A stretch of DNA of 54,523 nt, the filler included, from Trypethelium eluteriae (lineage: Eukaryota), in assembly GCA_051942245.1 (NCBI GenBank). It is 4 parts of 4 records of this genome, joined end to end, with 100 filler letters (N's around TTAATTAATTAA, not from the genome) between each part and the next. Parts side by side here need not be neighbours in the genome. Positions count along the whole stretch, not along the records: positions 13,678 to 27,235 come from JAVECL010000730.1; positions 27,336 to 40,892 come from JAVECL010000731.1; 2 more parts are not named here. One strand, given 5' to 3'. Of the stretch, positions 24,531 to 36,421 are shown piece after piece. Both the position numbers and the translations under genes were made by a program. Within the stretch, counting starts at the first letter, position 1. Every line of letters begins with the position of its first letter. The notes below the pieces were generated by a model. It was not told the origin of the DNA and searched no databases. It saw only the letters and a program-made list of their open reading frames with translations.

Positions 24531-25874
24531 TCATGTTTCGTCCCTCTGTATTACAAATTCCCTCAAACTGGTTAGTCCAACCCAAATTGCCTCCTCGGTT
24601 CGTATTGTTCGACTGCCCTGACCTGGGCATATGTTGACCCATGCATCAAACACGTCCTTCGCCTCCTTTACGCCCGCCGCCATCAACTCCTTATCTGCGG
24701 ACACCGCAGCCTCAACCCCTGATGGTCCGCCAAAGACTACGAGGAGGTGGTTCCAGTTCGCTGGCAGTCGTTCTATTCCGCCATCGTTCTCAGAGGTTCC
24801 TTTTTGTGAAGACTCATTTCCACAGCCATGCAGAACGTGCGAGAGAGGCTGGCCTCGCTCTGACGTACCAATGCTAAGATCATATCCGCCGTCATGCGGG
24901 CATTCAGTAAAGACAGAGGAGAGGTCGTTGCTGCGTCGGACGGTATAGCCCCAGTAATAGCCTGCTTCTTCGCGCGGAGTGGCTGGATGGACAGGCTCCG
25001 CTGTGGAACCAATGTTTTCCGTAGAGGTGATTCTAGAACTTTCCAGTGTCGAAGAGAGTTTGAGGGTGATGCGAGTGTTTGGAGGAATCGACACAGGAAC
25101 TTTGATCTTCTGCGGAACGCCTGCATCGATCAGAGTATAGTTTGGAGAGTCATCAGGTAGCGCTAAGCCAAATTCCGTGCTTTTTTTGGTCCGCTTGGTC
25201 TGTGGTGCTGCTCCCTTGCCTCCGTCATAATGGTCTTCAGTAAAGTCTCGGTTGTCAAGGGTGATACCTTCCCGGTATGGACACCATTCATTCGCACGTA
25301 GATGATGCGGCATATCTAAGCTTGGAAGAGCTCCAGCAGTCCGAAGGTTTGGATGAAAAGGAAAAAGTGTTCGCCGCAGGAAAGGAGGTACCTCTAAATA
25401 GGAAAGTAAATGATAAAGAAAATGATCTGGATCCGTCCATCCCGTATGATCGTCCTCATTCACGGTACCTTGATTCCGATGGTCCTGGCCGCCTTTGTAT
25501 TTGTGATTCTGACCATCGTTGAAAATAACGACTTCGTCTACGCAAGAAACAGCGAGAGCCCGACCGATTTGACCTGCGACCGCCGTTTTTTGGTCGTGCG
25601 TCAAAGCACTGCGAGATTTTCAGAAAGCGATTATTATTGTCCTCGAGATGATATCATACTTAGCAATTACTGAACCGGGAATTGCAACGCTCACGGTATG
25701 TTTCCGTCCTTTGGTTGGCGCGAAAACAGCAGTCGGCTTCGAGGTGTCGACGTGTTCTTCGAACTCATTTTGATGGACAACTACGGCCCTTTTGCGTTTC
25801 TGTGTCAGAGCTTAGTAACCTCGATTACGTTCTGATCGTATGATGTCTACCTTGGATCCTGCACTAGGATTCAT
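24531..25874 (-). CDS. SPOUT-family putative RNA methyltransferase (C9orf114/SPOUT1-like); 3 exons
   Basis: TVSVAIPGSVIAN...GQIGRALAVSCVDEVVIF, LSYLEVPPFLRR, LPSLDMPHH, YWGYTVR, IGTSERG, LVVFGG, CPGQGSRTIRTEEA. Confidence 0.9.
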
Positions 25875-27064
25875 TTCGAGCCTGATCTATGTTGATCTGG
25901 AGGAGACTGCGACGTAGGGATTTCGACAGGCGCTCGGCTGGCGCTTCCGCGCGGCAAACTTGACGTGGTTCAAAGTTTGGAGCACGTTGAACGTTACGAT
26001 ACACCGTTAAGTCCTCACGTCCTCTTCCGGACGTCACCCCAGCCACCCGGCTCTGACGTGTGGAACGCTCAACTCGCTACCAGAGAAACACTAAGATCAG
26101 CTCTAAATAGGGTAACGGTTATACAAAAACGTATTCCAAGATGACTATAGTCCAACCCCTCCACTCTTTCCATTGGCCTAGGCTGTAGAGATGATGAAAA
26201 GATTGCAGGCCGTATCGTGATTCCGAGATCTCATAGTTCAAATCTTGTCAGTCAAGCTTTCCAGTCAGAATCAACCAAAGTATGCGTTACTCGATGTTGT
26301 TCATTTTCAGTATCTCCTCACGCCTATCTATCTTCCCGTTTAGCATGGCTACTTTATAGGCCAATATGTATCTGTATTGCTGCCGCTATCTCGCATTGCT
26401 TCGCTGTAGTCACTGATTTAAACATCACTGCTTGCTGTATCTTTCTGAGGGAGACTGCTCCTGGAGGGACTTGAGCATATGGCTTGAAGCGAGTCAGCTA
26501 CCTTCACATGCAGTTCTTAACGAGGGCGATTTTCTGGAAAGCCAATGCAGTATCCTCTAATCTCAAAGTTCTCGTTCAAACTTTAACGTGAACGGTTCAC
26601 CATGATCCACGGTTTTGCTCCACGAACCCCCCCAAGTCCCAGTACAAAAGGACCGTCCCTTCTTCTCTAGATCCTTTCTGCGTAATTCTTCGTACACTCT
26701 ACTTCTGAGCATCAATGCACACACATACGCATTAAGCCACTTTCATATGCAAGCACCCCTCAGACGATATCAAGTAAGTACAGCATTATCCTCGCCATCA
26801 TCACCACACTCGCTTTGTTCAATTCTCATATCCACATTCGTTCAAGCTGCTGTCAGGCAGTTTCAGGTCGGGGCACCCCCCAACCCAAAAGCTCTTGAAC
26901 CAAACATCACAGCACTCCACAGCACCCATTCCAACTCTGCTTGTTTTCTCAACTTCTTCTAACATCATCACGCAGACTCCATCAAGCAAATCTCGACCAA
27001 GGTAGCCCCCAGCCAAAAGTCAACAAACTCCACACCACTCGGCTTACCCATCTCTCAGACAAAA

Positions 27065-27235
27065 ATGCCCACAATCCTCCGCCTCCGCAACATCCACCAA
27101 GGCGACATCTCCACCACAAGGGCCTCCTCCCGCCCTCATCGCCCGCTCGAGCCTTACCGCGCGGACCCCAACGGTCGCACCCGCCGTTCCGCCGCTCCGT
27201 CTCCCACTCCCTCCCCCGCCACCACCACCACTCCG
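27065..27235 (+). CDS. 5' fragment of a hypothetical protein, cut by contig end
   Basis: AAAAATG start and C-rich codons after a probable 5'-UTR intron (GTAAGT ~26774 ... CTAAC..CAG ~26975). Confidence 0.3.
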
Positions 27236-27335
27236 NNNNNNNNNNNNNNNNNNNNNNNNNNNNNNNNNNNNNNNNNNNNTTAATTAATTAANNNNNNNNN
27301 NNNNNNNNNNNNNNNNNNNNNNNNNNNNNNNNNNN
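27236..27335. other. Artificial contig linker
   Basis: 44 N + TTAATTAATTAA + 44 N. Confidence 0.98.
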
Positions 27336-28216
27336 CGTCAACGTCGAGCGCGCACCATCGCACCGTTGAGCCATCAGTTGTCACCTCGCGCTAGAGCTTT
27401 CGGCAGCAGGCCACAAGTACGGAGTGCTCCACGAACTGCCCAGGCACAGAATCCTTCCGCTACAAGTTTCTGGCTCGAGTCGAGGAGCTTGCTACTTGGA
27501 GACACCGGGCACTAATTCTAGCTCAGTTTTGCTGACTTTGGATTAAGTTCAACTCTGACGAGTCAGCCAGACCTGCCATGTCTCCTGGGAGGAATAAGGT
27601 TACACCACGCACCCCTACCCATTTATCCCCTGTTACCCCTCGATGGTGTTGGCGATGATTTGCCCTGCAGATCGACCATGACGGGGACTTCCCAGTGCAG
27701 AGGCAGCGAAAGATAGCACTCGAGGCAAGGCGTCATGCATTCTCTATTAGGGAGGTGTTTAACCGAGCCTCAAAAGGCCGTCTGTGACTGTCTCTCCGCA
27801 GTCACCGTCAAAGGCTTACTTCAACAACGAGCAGGGTGCAGAACTTTAACGCGGTTGAGAGACAAAACAATCTCATCCGCCTGCTCGGCAACGAGGTTTT
27901 GGACCCGTCTCCCCATCTTTCTATTATTACCGCCTTTTCTTAGCGGATTCGGCCGTTGGGCCTCTGCCGGGCTTACCGCAAGCGTGCGTTTGAGCCTCTC
28001 TTTCCTACTCCCTAGCTCTTAGACTATCCTGAAGCAGAACTACCACAGCTGACTCTGTGAAAGAGAACCCCCCCCCCCCGGTTGCTCCTGGCAGAAGAAG
28101 CCTGAGCAGGTAATTGTCCAGGGTGAGCCATCTACGATTCATAACTGCCATCTGCCAAGGCCATTCATTTCACCTGTGTATTTCTATCTTTGCTTCTCTC
28201 TCACCGCATCGTCACC

Positions 28217-28603
28217 ATGCCTTGCCCCGTTCCTCCACCCCGCTCTCGATATCGTTCTGATTCCCATCTTCCTCAATCATCGTCTCGTATTCAATATTCC
28301 AGCATGGGCAATGGTGCAGACACTAACGGTGTGGGTGTTCTCACTCTACAGAGAGCTTTGGACGTCGCCCGTAATAGCGAAGGTTCGCTCGATCCCGCGA
28401 TATCAGCATATCTAGAACGAGAACTGGCAAACACCTGGGGTCGGATCCTGCAGCAGCCACAATCTTATTTGATGACCAAGGACGAACTGTCCTTATTCAA
28501 TTACTATCGAGCCCGCTTCGAACGAAACCCGAGAGACTCGGCCATTTCCCGGGCAGCTATTGAACGCTTTTGGAGGCATTACCACGCAGCAAACGGTCAT
28601 TAA
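28217..28603 (+). CDS. Small hypothetical protein of a type recurrent in filamentous ascomycetes
   Basis: CACCATG start. The pattern LQRALDVARNSEG..DPAISAYLE...TWGRILQQPQSYLMTKDELSLFNYYRARF...RFW is recognised from memory of uncharacterised fungal proteins. Confidence 0.65.
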   Translation: MPCPVPPPRSRYRSDSHLPQSSSRIQYSSMGNGADTNGVGVLTLQRALDVARNSEGSLDPAISAYLERELANTWGRILQQPQSYLMTKDELSLFNYYRARFERNPRDSAISRAAIERFWRHYHAANGH

Positions 28604-28970
28604 GGCACAGCTTGCTTCCAGAAGGTAAAAACCTTGGCCGCTGCAGTGTGTCATGCGACCTGCATGCTTCACATTTCGGAACGAGGCTGCTGACTGTCAT
28701 CCAACACAGGGCTGTCAAACCGCAGGGTTTAGCGTCATTCGTTGTCGCGCATTCGGCGATTGCATACCTGCACGAGTGTGGCGTTCCTGCTGCGAGTGGT
28801 TCGGTGCTATCAGGCTGTGGCGTAAGTTTGGCGCGGGTTCGGAAACGCTCGCCGTGATGGGATTTCCTGGCTTTCGTGGAGATTATTTGGCGGACCGGGA
28901 TGCAATGGTGGTGACTGATTGCGGGGTTGTAGGTTCGCTGCGGGACAGATCATCCTTATCCTTGCCCCGT

Positions 28971-31155
28971 ATGGGGTTACAACGCTTTGCATGGGTCGCT
29001 GTAATCACGATCGGTTTCGCTGTGAGCTCCTTAGCCATTGATTCGACCAGCACCTCTATTGTTCCGCACTTGTCCTCTCATACTCTTCAAAAGCATGATG
29101 TCGATCTTACTGCACCACTCCTGCAAGACTTTCAAGTTTACCCACCCGTTCTCATCGCCTCTTCCAATGGGAGTCTGAGCCTTACAGATGGCTCATCGAC
29201 AACAACGGATGTGGCTCCAGTCAGCAACGCCACATCATGCCAGGAGGTTTTGATGGTGTACTCGTTCGCGAATAGCTATGGAGCCCCTTTCGTCGGTAAG
29301 TGGAACACGAGAATTCCACCACGACGCGTTGCTAAGCTAAGGAACGTGCAGGGAATTATACCCCTCCATCCTGCTCTTTCAATCGAATCACACTGAACTT
29401 CACCGTGACCTCAGCAGGGCGCCAATTCGATCGTTTGGGGACGCTGTATTTCGGGGACACAGAAATATGGCGTACATCAACAGCTGAACCCACCTCCATT
29501 GGCATTCGCTGGACTTATTTGAAGGATGTCACTAACTATTTAACGCTCTTTCAGCAACAGCAGAAGATCATCTTTGATCTCGGAAATCTCATTAACAACA
29601 TTTACACTGCGCCGTACAACGCTACTTTGACCGCCTCCTTCTTCACTGCCGGCGACTCTGACCCCCCTGCAGACTTGATCTTTCCAGTTTCTGCCAGACA
29701 ATCAGCGTCAAACGCACCGAGTGTATTCACGTTCCCAGTGGATAATGCCACCAATACCCTGACGCTGCCTCAAAACATCCGTCGAGCCGTTTTCACCATT
29801 GCCGCCTGTGGTCAGGCTGAAGAAGAGTTTTGGTGGAGTAATGTGCTGTCTTCTGATACGCAAACATTCCCGCAGACCGGCGCACTCTATGGCTTCTCGC
29901 CTTTCCGTGAGCTACAGTTGTTCATCGATGGCATGCTCGCCGGGGTGGCATGGCCTTTTCCCATCATCTTGTACGTCTCTCTCTCAAATTTTTAATTTCC
30001 TACTAATGAAAGTCTCGCAGCACTGGTGGAGTAGTTCCAGGGCTATGGCGTCCGTATGTGTCAATTCAAGTGTAACATCTATCATATTGTATCATTAGCG
30101 CTGACAACAGCAGGATCGTCGGGATTGATGCCTTTGACCTCCGTGAGGACGAGATTGACATCACTCCCTTTCTCCCACTGCTTTGTGACGGTGCTGCGCA
30201 CTCCTTTGAAATACGAGTGTCGGGCATAAATGATACAGGTAATGGCACTGGTGTCCTGGCGGAAACGGTAGGTAGCAATTGGCCTGTCACCGGAAAGATT
30301 TTTCTTTGGCTCGATCCTGAAGGATCAGTGACAACTGGCTCTGGGCCCCTGGCGACTACTCCTGACCCGGTTTTCCAATTATCATCTTCTGTCGGGAAAC
30401 TTCCTAATGGAACCAACGAAACTCTTACCTATCAAGTGAATGCGCAAAGATCAATCTCGTTTGTGTCAACCATCAATACGGCAAACGGCTCACAAACTGC
30501 TTCATGGAGTCAAAATCTTACCTATTCTAACTTTGGTAACTTCACAGCCGCGGGTAATACGCAAGTCAATAACCAGTCAACAAGCGGTGAAGATTTGTCT
30601 TCCTTGAATTACTCAAGGAGTCTCAATTATCCGTTATACGCTTTCAGCGTATACGGGACCGTCCGCGATAACATCACAATTTTCGCCAATGTTCTTCGAG
30701 GCAGGGATGTCCAGACTATCGGGCAGGCAGTGTTCCCTACCGGTCTCGAGTCTTTCGAACCGGTCGAGGCTGTCCAGAATCAATACCCGGCATTCCAAGG
30801 CAGCTTGCTACAAACAACACAGAACGGTACCGCCACCTACTTCTCCAATCAAACCTCGAACACATCTTTTAGCTTCGGAACCACGGTCCAAGACATGGTA
30901 TTTGCCGGTGTTGTGACCTCAGATTCTGGCAATGCGGAGAGCCCTCCACAAGTCGTGTCAACATCGGAGCTATTCCGCCGGCACGTTGAAGCTGACAATA
31001 GTACTGTTATTGAAGACGATGAAACGGTAATTGGCCATTCAATTCGCCCAGCTCACTTCAATTCGCCCAGTATGAATGACTTTGCCGGGAGCGGGACAAG
31101 AAGCATGCTCGGCCGGGGTCCACCTGGCTCGAAAGCAGCAAGTCGACGCAAATGA
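28971..31155 (+). CDS. Peptide-N4-(N-acetyl-beta-glucosaminyl)asparagine amidase A (acidic PNGase A family), secreted; 4 exons
   Basis: Signal peptide MGLQRFAWVAVITIGFAVSSLA, then FANSYGAPFVG, GRQFDRLG, WRTSTAEP, GQAEEEFWWSNV, SPFRELQLFIDG.LAGVAWPFPII, GIDAFDLREDEIDITPFLPLLCDG. Confidence 0.92.
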
Positions 31156-31526
31156 GCGCTGCCAAAATTGGATACGATGCTATCAACGCCCAGCGTTGGA
31201 CATTCCTTCTTTGTTTTGATTTTGCCTCAGCCAGAGAAAAGGTCTGAGCTGTTAATATTGTGCATAGCTATCTCAACTGTACATATGATTTGTTGCGACG
31301 GGTCCGCTTGAACTGCGGCCCGCCTGCATTCCCCGTTGCCAGTGCGATGGCATTCCTGACTTTCTTTTACAACACCATCTCATTAAGACAAGAGTATAAT
31401 TAATTGATTAAAGCCACTGTCATGGCAACGAATAAAGCTATCATTCTTTTTCACCATTCTTCCTTCATTGCAGACTTTCGTTACCCTGGAAGCCGTTTCC
31501 CAGGTATCAGTCGCTCGTGGATAGTC

Positions 31527-32234
31527 ATGCAGCATCTTGCCTTGGTTGTCTTACTTGTCGTTTCCTCCGCAGCGTCTAGTTCGCTGGCACGTCATCCGCG
31601 GCAAGGCAATGTGTCACAAGGTCGTCATGTTCCGCGGCATCGTCATGATTATGGCGCGGTCGTACGGAAACGACAAGCCTCGTTCCATTCAACAGCCCAA
31701 GTTTGTTGTACTATTCGGATTTTTCGATTGCCTGCTAACATACTGTAGCTTGTTTCTGCAGCATGCGAAGTGAACCCACAGAATGACCTAGCAGACTGCG
31801 CGAATTCATTGTGAGTTACACAAGATATCCTTCGAGAAAGATCACAATGCTAAGGGCCGCGTGCTGCTCCAGAGCATCTGATGTACAGGCCTCTCAGCTC
31901 TCTTGGTGCAACGAGGAGCTATCGAGTCTGCACTACTGTACAGCATCATACATTGCCCCACTGCAAGCATCCAACTGTGCTGATGAATTGGACGAATACG
32001 AATCATGCAGTCAATATGCGTAAGTAATATCTGATGTGCTTTTTAGTTTCCTGTATCCATCCCTGCATATGGACCTTCGCTTAGAATCGTATCAGCCTCA
32101 ATGCCTATGCCTACTGTCTTGCGTATGGTTTCTCGACGCCCAATGAGCTTTCGAACTGCGCCAATGTCGAGCTAGAGGCGATACCGCCCAAATCTGGTGC
32201 CTCACTACCGGTCAGTACCACTCTCATTTTCTAA
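31527..32234 (+). CDS. Putative secreted Cys-rich protein, multi-exon; 3' end uncertain, may continue toward 33525
   Basis: Signal peptide MQHLALVVLLVVSSAASS, Kex2-like RKR/Q site, GT-AG introns with CTAAC/CTAAG branch sites, Cys-spaced exons (ACEVNPQNDLADCAN, WCNEELSSLHYC, NCADELDEYESC). Confidence 0.45.
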
Positions 32235-33524
32235 GAAGCTCCCTGCCACTTCCTACCCAACGACACCATAGCCCTGTTCAAACAATTCCCTGTTTCTCGT
32301 ACTCGGATGACAGCAATTCCGGCCATGCCTCGCTCTGTTAGCACCCCAGCGCCTTGTCAGCTCTCGTGATACATGAAATGTTGTTCCAGCATGGACAAAA
32401 TCTGCCAGCTTTTTACTGCCGTCAACCAACATTCCGGTGCAACTCTACAGGCGTTGACTGCTCCCACTCCATCCTCAAGTGTCGTATTCAGCAACTTATC
32501 GCCTCCGGGGAATCACCAGCAAAGGGAGCATCAGGCATGTCGTTGGACCAGCCAATGCTGGTCAGGTCTTCCCTCAAGACCTACAAATCCAGCATACCCA
32601 CTGGTTGCAAAGTGAATACCCCCATTCCTCCATGCAGATTTCTCCCAAATCTTTTACCACTATTACCTTCACCTACTCCTCACAGCCTATACGCCCGATC
32701 GTGTCATGTCTGCCACATCCACAGACGATGTGCTCCCCTTGCCCTTGCCTACCAAAATGGACACAACAATCTCGATGCCCGAATCTGTGGTACTGCCTTG
32801 TCCACTGCATATGCGCTTCGATGCGCACTTCTGTCATGTGTTGCAGCTGATGGGTTCTCCTTGGCATCTGCAATGACTCCGCCGGTAATTCCATGGAGCA
32901 ACCTTACTTGTCATGCCCAAATCCGAACAATGCGGATACTTTCTCTACTTTCTATGGTCCAAAATGCTCGTCTACGGTTGTCAGCCACCGGCAGGCATTG
33001 ACCAATCAACCGCCACCAGAAAATGGACTTCCTTGAAGACCACTGTGTCTGTACTCGGACCATATTTCGTCGTCATCCTTTCTGGACATTGCTATCTTCA
33101 CTCATGTTTCCCTCCCTCCCACCGCGTATCAGCTGTCATTTATCATTCACAATGAGCTTTCAGGAACCAAACCCTCCGTTGCCCTCTATCCCTACTTGCA
33201 TCACTTCAATGCTCAGGGCCAACTATGAACCTCACCTTTGTCTTTGTTGCTCCCTCCTCATTTTGCCGATTATTGAATCCTGGACTGGACACCAACTACA
33301 TTATCTTCCATGCCCATCATGACGGACTTGTCGTCTTGCTCCTCACTGCCAGAAATCGGTCCTAATACTCCATTTTCCTATACACCATACAGTCTTCGGA
33401 TTGATGTGACGTTAATTATCCTCCCTCCTTCCAAGCTTTGTAGCGACCCGCTGGCACTACTCCCTTACCCCAACAATCTCCAAGCAATCTTTGCCATATT
33501 GCCTCATTTCTATCAAGACTTGCA

Positions 33525-36194
33525 GTGTTCTCTGCTAACTCCTCAGTACCGTTCGTGATTTGCGAAAATCTTGTTTGCCACTTCTATCCATTTCCTTTAT
33601 CGTATCAGTTCCTCATCATCTCACATCGGCTCACGACTTTCCAGATCTCCGTCAAATCCCCATCTACTTCTCCACGCCAAAGACTTGGCCCACTGCCTGC
33701 TATATCAGCTCCCATACCAGCTTCCATACCAGCTTCCATACCAGCTCCTATACCAGCTCCCATTAGTGTCCTACCTACTTCCCTGGCCTCTACGTTGATT
33801 CCTGCCGAGCCCGTCCCGACTTCAGACTTGATTCCACCAGCTGCTGCGCCATCCACCTCGATTCCTGCCACATCTCTCCCGATCTCGGTCGATCTCCCAC
33901 CTAGTCCTGTACCTTCTGTGACAATTCCCCTTGTGTCTCTTCCAGCATCTGAAAGCATCCCAACCGATTCTGCACCCACCACATCGATTCCCATCGTCTC
34001 TCTTTCGGCACCAGAGAACGTCCCATCTACTTCTCCACTTCCTACTTTAATTACCTCTACACCACTTCCCACCGAGTCTCCCGCGACTTCTGTGAATATT
34101 CCATCTGATTCACCACCTTTAATATCAACTCCTGCCGCAACTCCTGCCGTGGCTCCTGCCACATCGGAGGACGCCCTACTTCCTCCTTTGCCCATTGTAT
34201 CAGTCATAACTCCACTTCTCCCGGCCTCTGTTGATAATCCTACAACGGATCTTCCAGCCTCCGTCATCCCCGAGTCTCCCACAACTTCCCTAAACGTCCT
34301 ATCTGACTCTTCACCTTTGATATCAACTCCTGCCGTGGCTCCTGCTACATCCGAAGGCATCCTACCTCCTCTACCTATTGTATCAGCTATCACTCCGCTT
34401 CTCCCGGCCCCTGTTGATAATCCTACAACGGATCTACCCCCCTCCATTATCCCGTCCATTCCTGTGGTTGATTCTATAACCTCCATCATCCCCTCGGTTC
34501 TCGCAAGCGATCTTCCATCCATTCCCGTGGTTGATTCACTAACCTCTGTCATCCCTTCTATTCTCGCGAGCGATCTCCCAACCATTCCCGTGGTCGATTC
34601 TCTAACCTCCATCGTCCCTTCTATTCTCGCTAGCGATCTCCCAGCCGCCCTCATCCCATCAATAACCCTTCCACCCTCCATTATACCAACCCTTCCTCCA
34701 CTTCCCCTATCACTCCCGAACGTCTCCATCCCGCTTGAATCCATCATATCCGATTTACCGATCAATTCTATCCTAACCGATGTACAATCCCTTGTACCGA
34801 TCAACTCTATCCTATCCGATGTGCAATCCCTCATACCGATCAACTCTATTCTATCAGATGTGCAATCCCTTGTACCGATAAACTCCATCCTGTCGGATGT
34901 ACCAATGAACTCTATCCTATCGGATGTACAATCCATCGTACCAATCAACTCTATCCTATCCGATGTGCAATCCCTTATACCAATCAACTCTATCCTATCC
35001 GATGTGCAATCCATTGTACCGATCAACTCGATCCTGTCGGATGTACCGATCAACTCGATCCTATCCGATGTGCAATCCATTGTACCAATCAACTCTATTC
35101 TATCCGATGTGCAATCCATTGTACCAATCAACTCGATCCTATCCGATGTACTATCCATTGTGCCGATCAATTCCATCCTGTCGGATGTACCAATTAATTC
35201 TGTCCTATCCGATGTACCATCCATTGTACCGATCAACTCTATCCTATCCGATCTGCCGTTGAACTCTATCCTGTCCGATGTTCCGCTCAATTCTATCTTA
35301 TCCGATATAATTCCCTCGACATTGCCATTGTCTCTTCCCTCCATCACTAGTCCCTCACTCAGTTTGCCGACATCCCCAATTTCTTCACCACCCTCGACTA
35401 TCCCGCTTCCCGTGTCAACACCGATTACTGCAACATCTCCGCCAGTCTCCTCGAGCGTTACGCCTTCAGTCTCCTCGAGCATTACACCTTCAGCGACTAC
35501 AAGAATCTCGACATTACCATCTTTAGTATCATCCTCTATCCCCACATCTTCACCCAGCCCTGTTTCACCCTTCTGCCCGGCCCTCGATCATTCAAACGTC
35601 CAGTCCAATGGTACAACCTACAGCATCCAATGCAACGTGTCCTTCTCTGGCACCACCCTCGCTCGTGCATCCCTTCGCAACACCCGTCTCCTCAATACCA
35701 CAGGCCCTGCCAGGACCTCCACCAACACCACTATACATAGCAATCTACCCCGACGACATGCGCTCTCTCCCTTCTCACTCTCACGCCTCCCCTTTCACTT
35801 CCACTTCCCCCGCTCACTCATCCTCCCTCACTTTTCTCTGAACCGGCGCCAAACCCCTTCCGACCCTAGCACCAACCCCATCACCAGCACTGACACCTCC
35901 CTCGCACTGTACGGGTGCGTGAACAATTGCACCATCTCCTCCCAATGCGCTGGCTGGTCCTATAACGACATCGACGGCAGCTGCACCCTTTTCTCCACCA
36001 TCACTGGCACCATCCCGAGCAATGGAAGCACGGCGGGGCTAAAGGTTCTGCCGAGTGGAGTAGGAGCCGCAGGGACAGGGGGTAATGGGACGATTGTGAG
36101 TACGAATGGGATAGGAGTTACAGGCTCACAGGGAAATGGAGGACCGGTGGGACCGGTTTGTCGGCGGAGGAAGAGGGTTGTAAGGGTTGGGTGA
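33525..36194 (+). CDS. Ser/Pro/Ile/Thr-rich repetitive surface/mucin-like protein with a C-terminal PAN/apple-like Cys domain; probably the last exon of a longer gene
   Basis: 889-codon open frame with no good ATG and a likely acceptor TTCCAG near 33644. Contains several repeat families. C-terminal CPALD...YSIQCNVSFSG...CVNNCTISSQCAGWSY...CTLFS. Confidence 0.7.
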   Translation: MFSANSSVPFVICENLVCHFYPFPLSYQFLIISHRLTTFQISVKSPSTSPRQRLGPLPAISAPIPASIPASIPAPIPAPISVLPTSLASTLIPAEPVPTSDLIPPAAAPSTSIPATSLPISVDLPPSPVPSVTIPLVSLPASESIPTDSAPTTSIPIVSLSAPENVPSTSPLPTLITSTPLPTESPATSVNIPSDSPPLISTPAATPAVAPATSEDALLPPLPIVSVITPLLPASVDNPTTDLPASVIPESPTTSLNVLSDSSPLISTPAVAPATSEGILPPLPIVSAITPLLPAPVDNPTTDLPPSIIPSIPVVDSITSIIPSVLASDLPSIPVVDSLTSVIPSILASDLPTIPVVDSLTSIVPSILASDLPAALIPSITLPPSIIPTLPPLPLSLPNVSIPLESIISDLPINSILTDVQSLVPINSILSDVQSLIPINSILSDVQSLVPINSILSDVPMNSILSDVQSIVPINSILSDVQSLIPINSILSDVQSIVPINSILSDVPINSILSDVQSIVPINSILSDVQSIVPINSILSDVLSIVPINSILSDVPINSVLSDVPSIVPINSILSDLPLNSILSDVPLNSILSDIIPSTLPLSLPSITSPSLSLPTSPISSPPSTIPLPVSTPITATSPPVSSSVTPSVSSSITPSATTRISTLPSLVSSSIPTSSPSPVSPFCPALDHSNVQSNGTTYSIQCNVSFSGTTLARASLRNTRLLNTTGPARTSTNTTIHSNLPRRHALSPFSLSRLPFHFHFPRSLILPHFSLNRRQTPSDPSTNPITSTDTSLALYGCVNNCTISSQCAGWSYNDIDGSCTLFSTITGTIPSNGSTAGLKVLPSGVGAAGTGGNGTIVSTNGIGVTGSQGNGGPVGPVCRRRKRVVRVG
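34758..35310 (+). repeat. Coding minisatellite: 16 units of PINSILSDV(QSIV), 39/27 nt
   Basis: Directly visible in both DNA and protein. Confidence 0.95.
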
Positions 36195-36421
36195 GAGGAA
36201 AGAGCCTGATGCGAGGAATTTTGGGAATTGGTGACTTTCTGAGAAGCAATCTCGCTCTGGTGGCATTCTTGTTTATTTTTGTTTCGCAATTGGCTCGTAC
36301 TGTATCGGGAGGGATATCTCAGCTTCCAAATCGGCGTTTCTGATCTTTTCAAGGAGTAGATTGTTATATGTATTGGTTACTCTGGGTGTAATGAGAACTT
36401 TAGTAAGCCTTCTCTGCCCAA

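Noticed and set aside
33605..35545. 646-aa ORF antisense to the repeat protein
   Set aside because: Shadow frame of a repetitive, Ser/Pro/Ile-biased sense ORF; the sense strand has the coherent domain structure.
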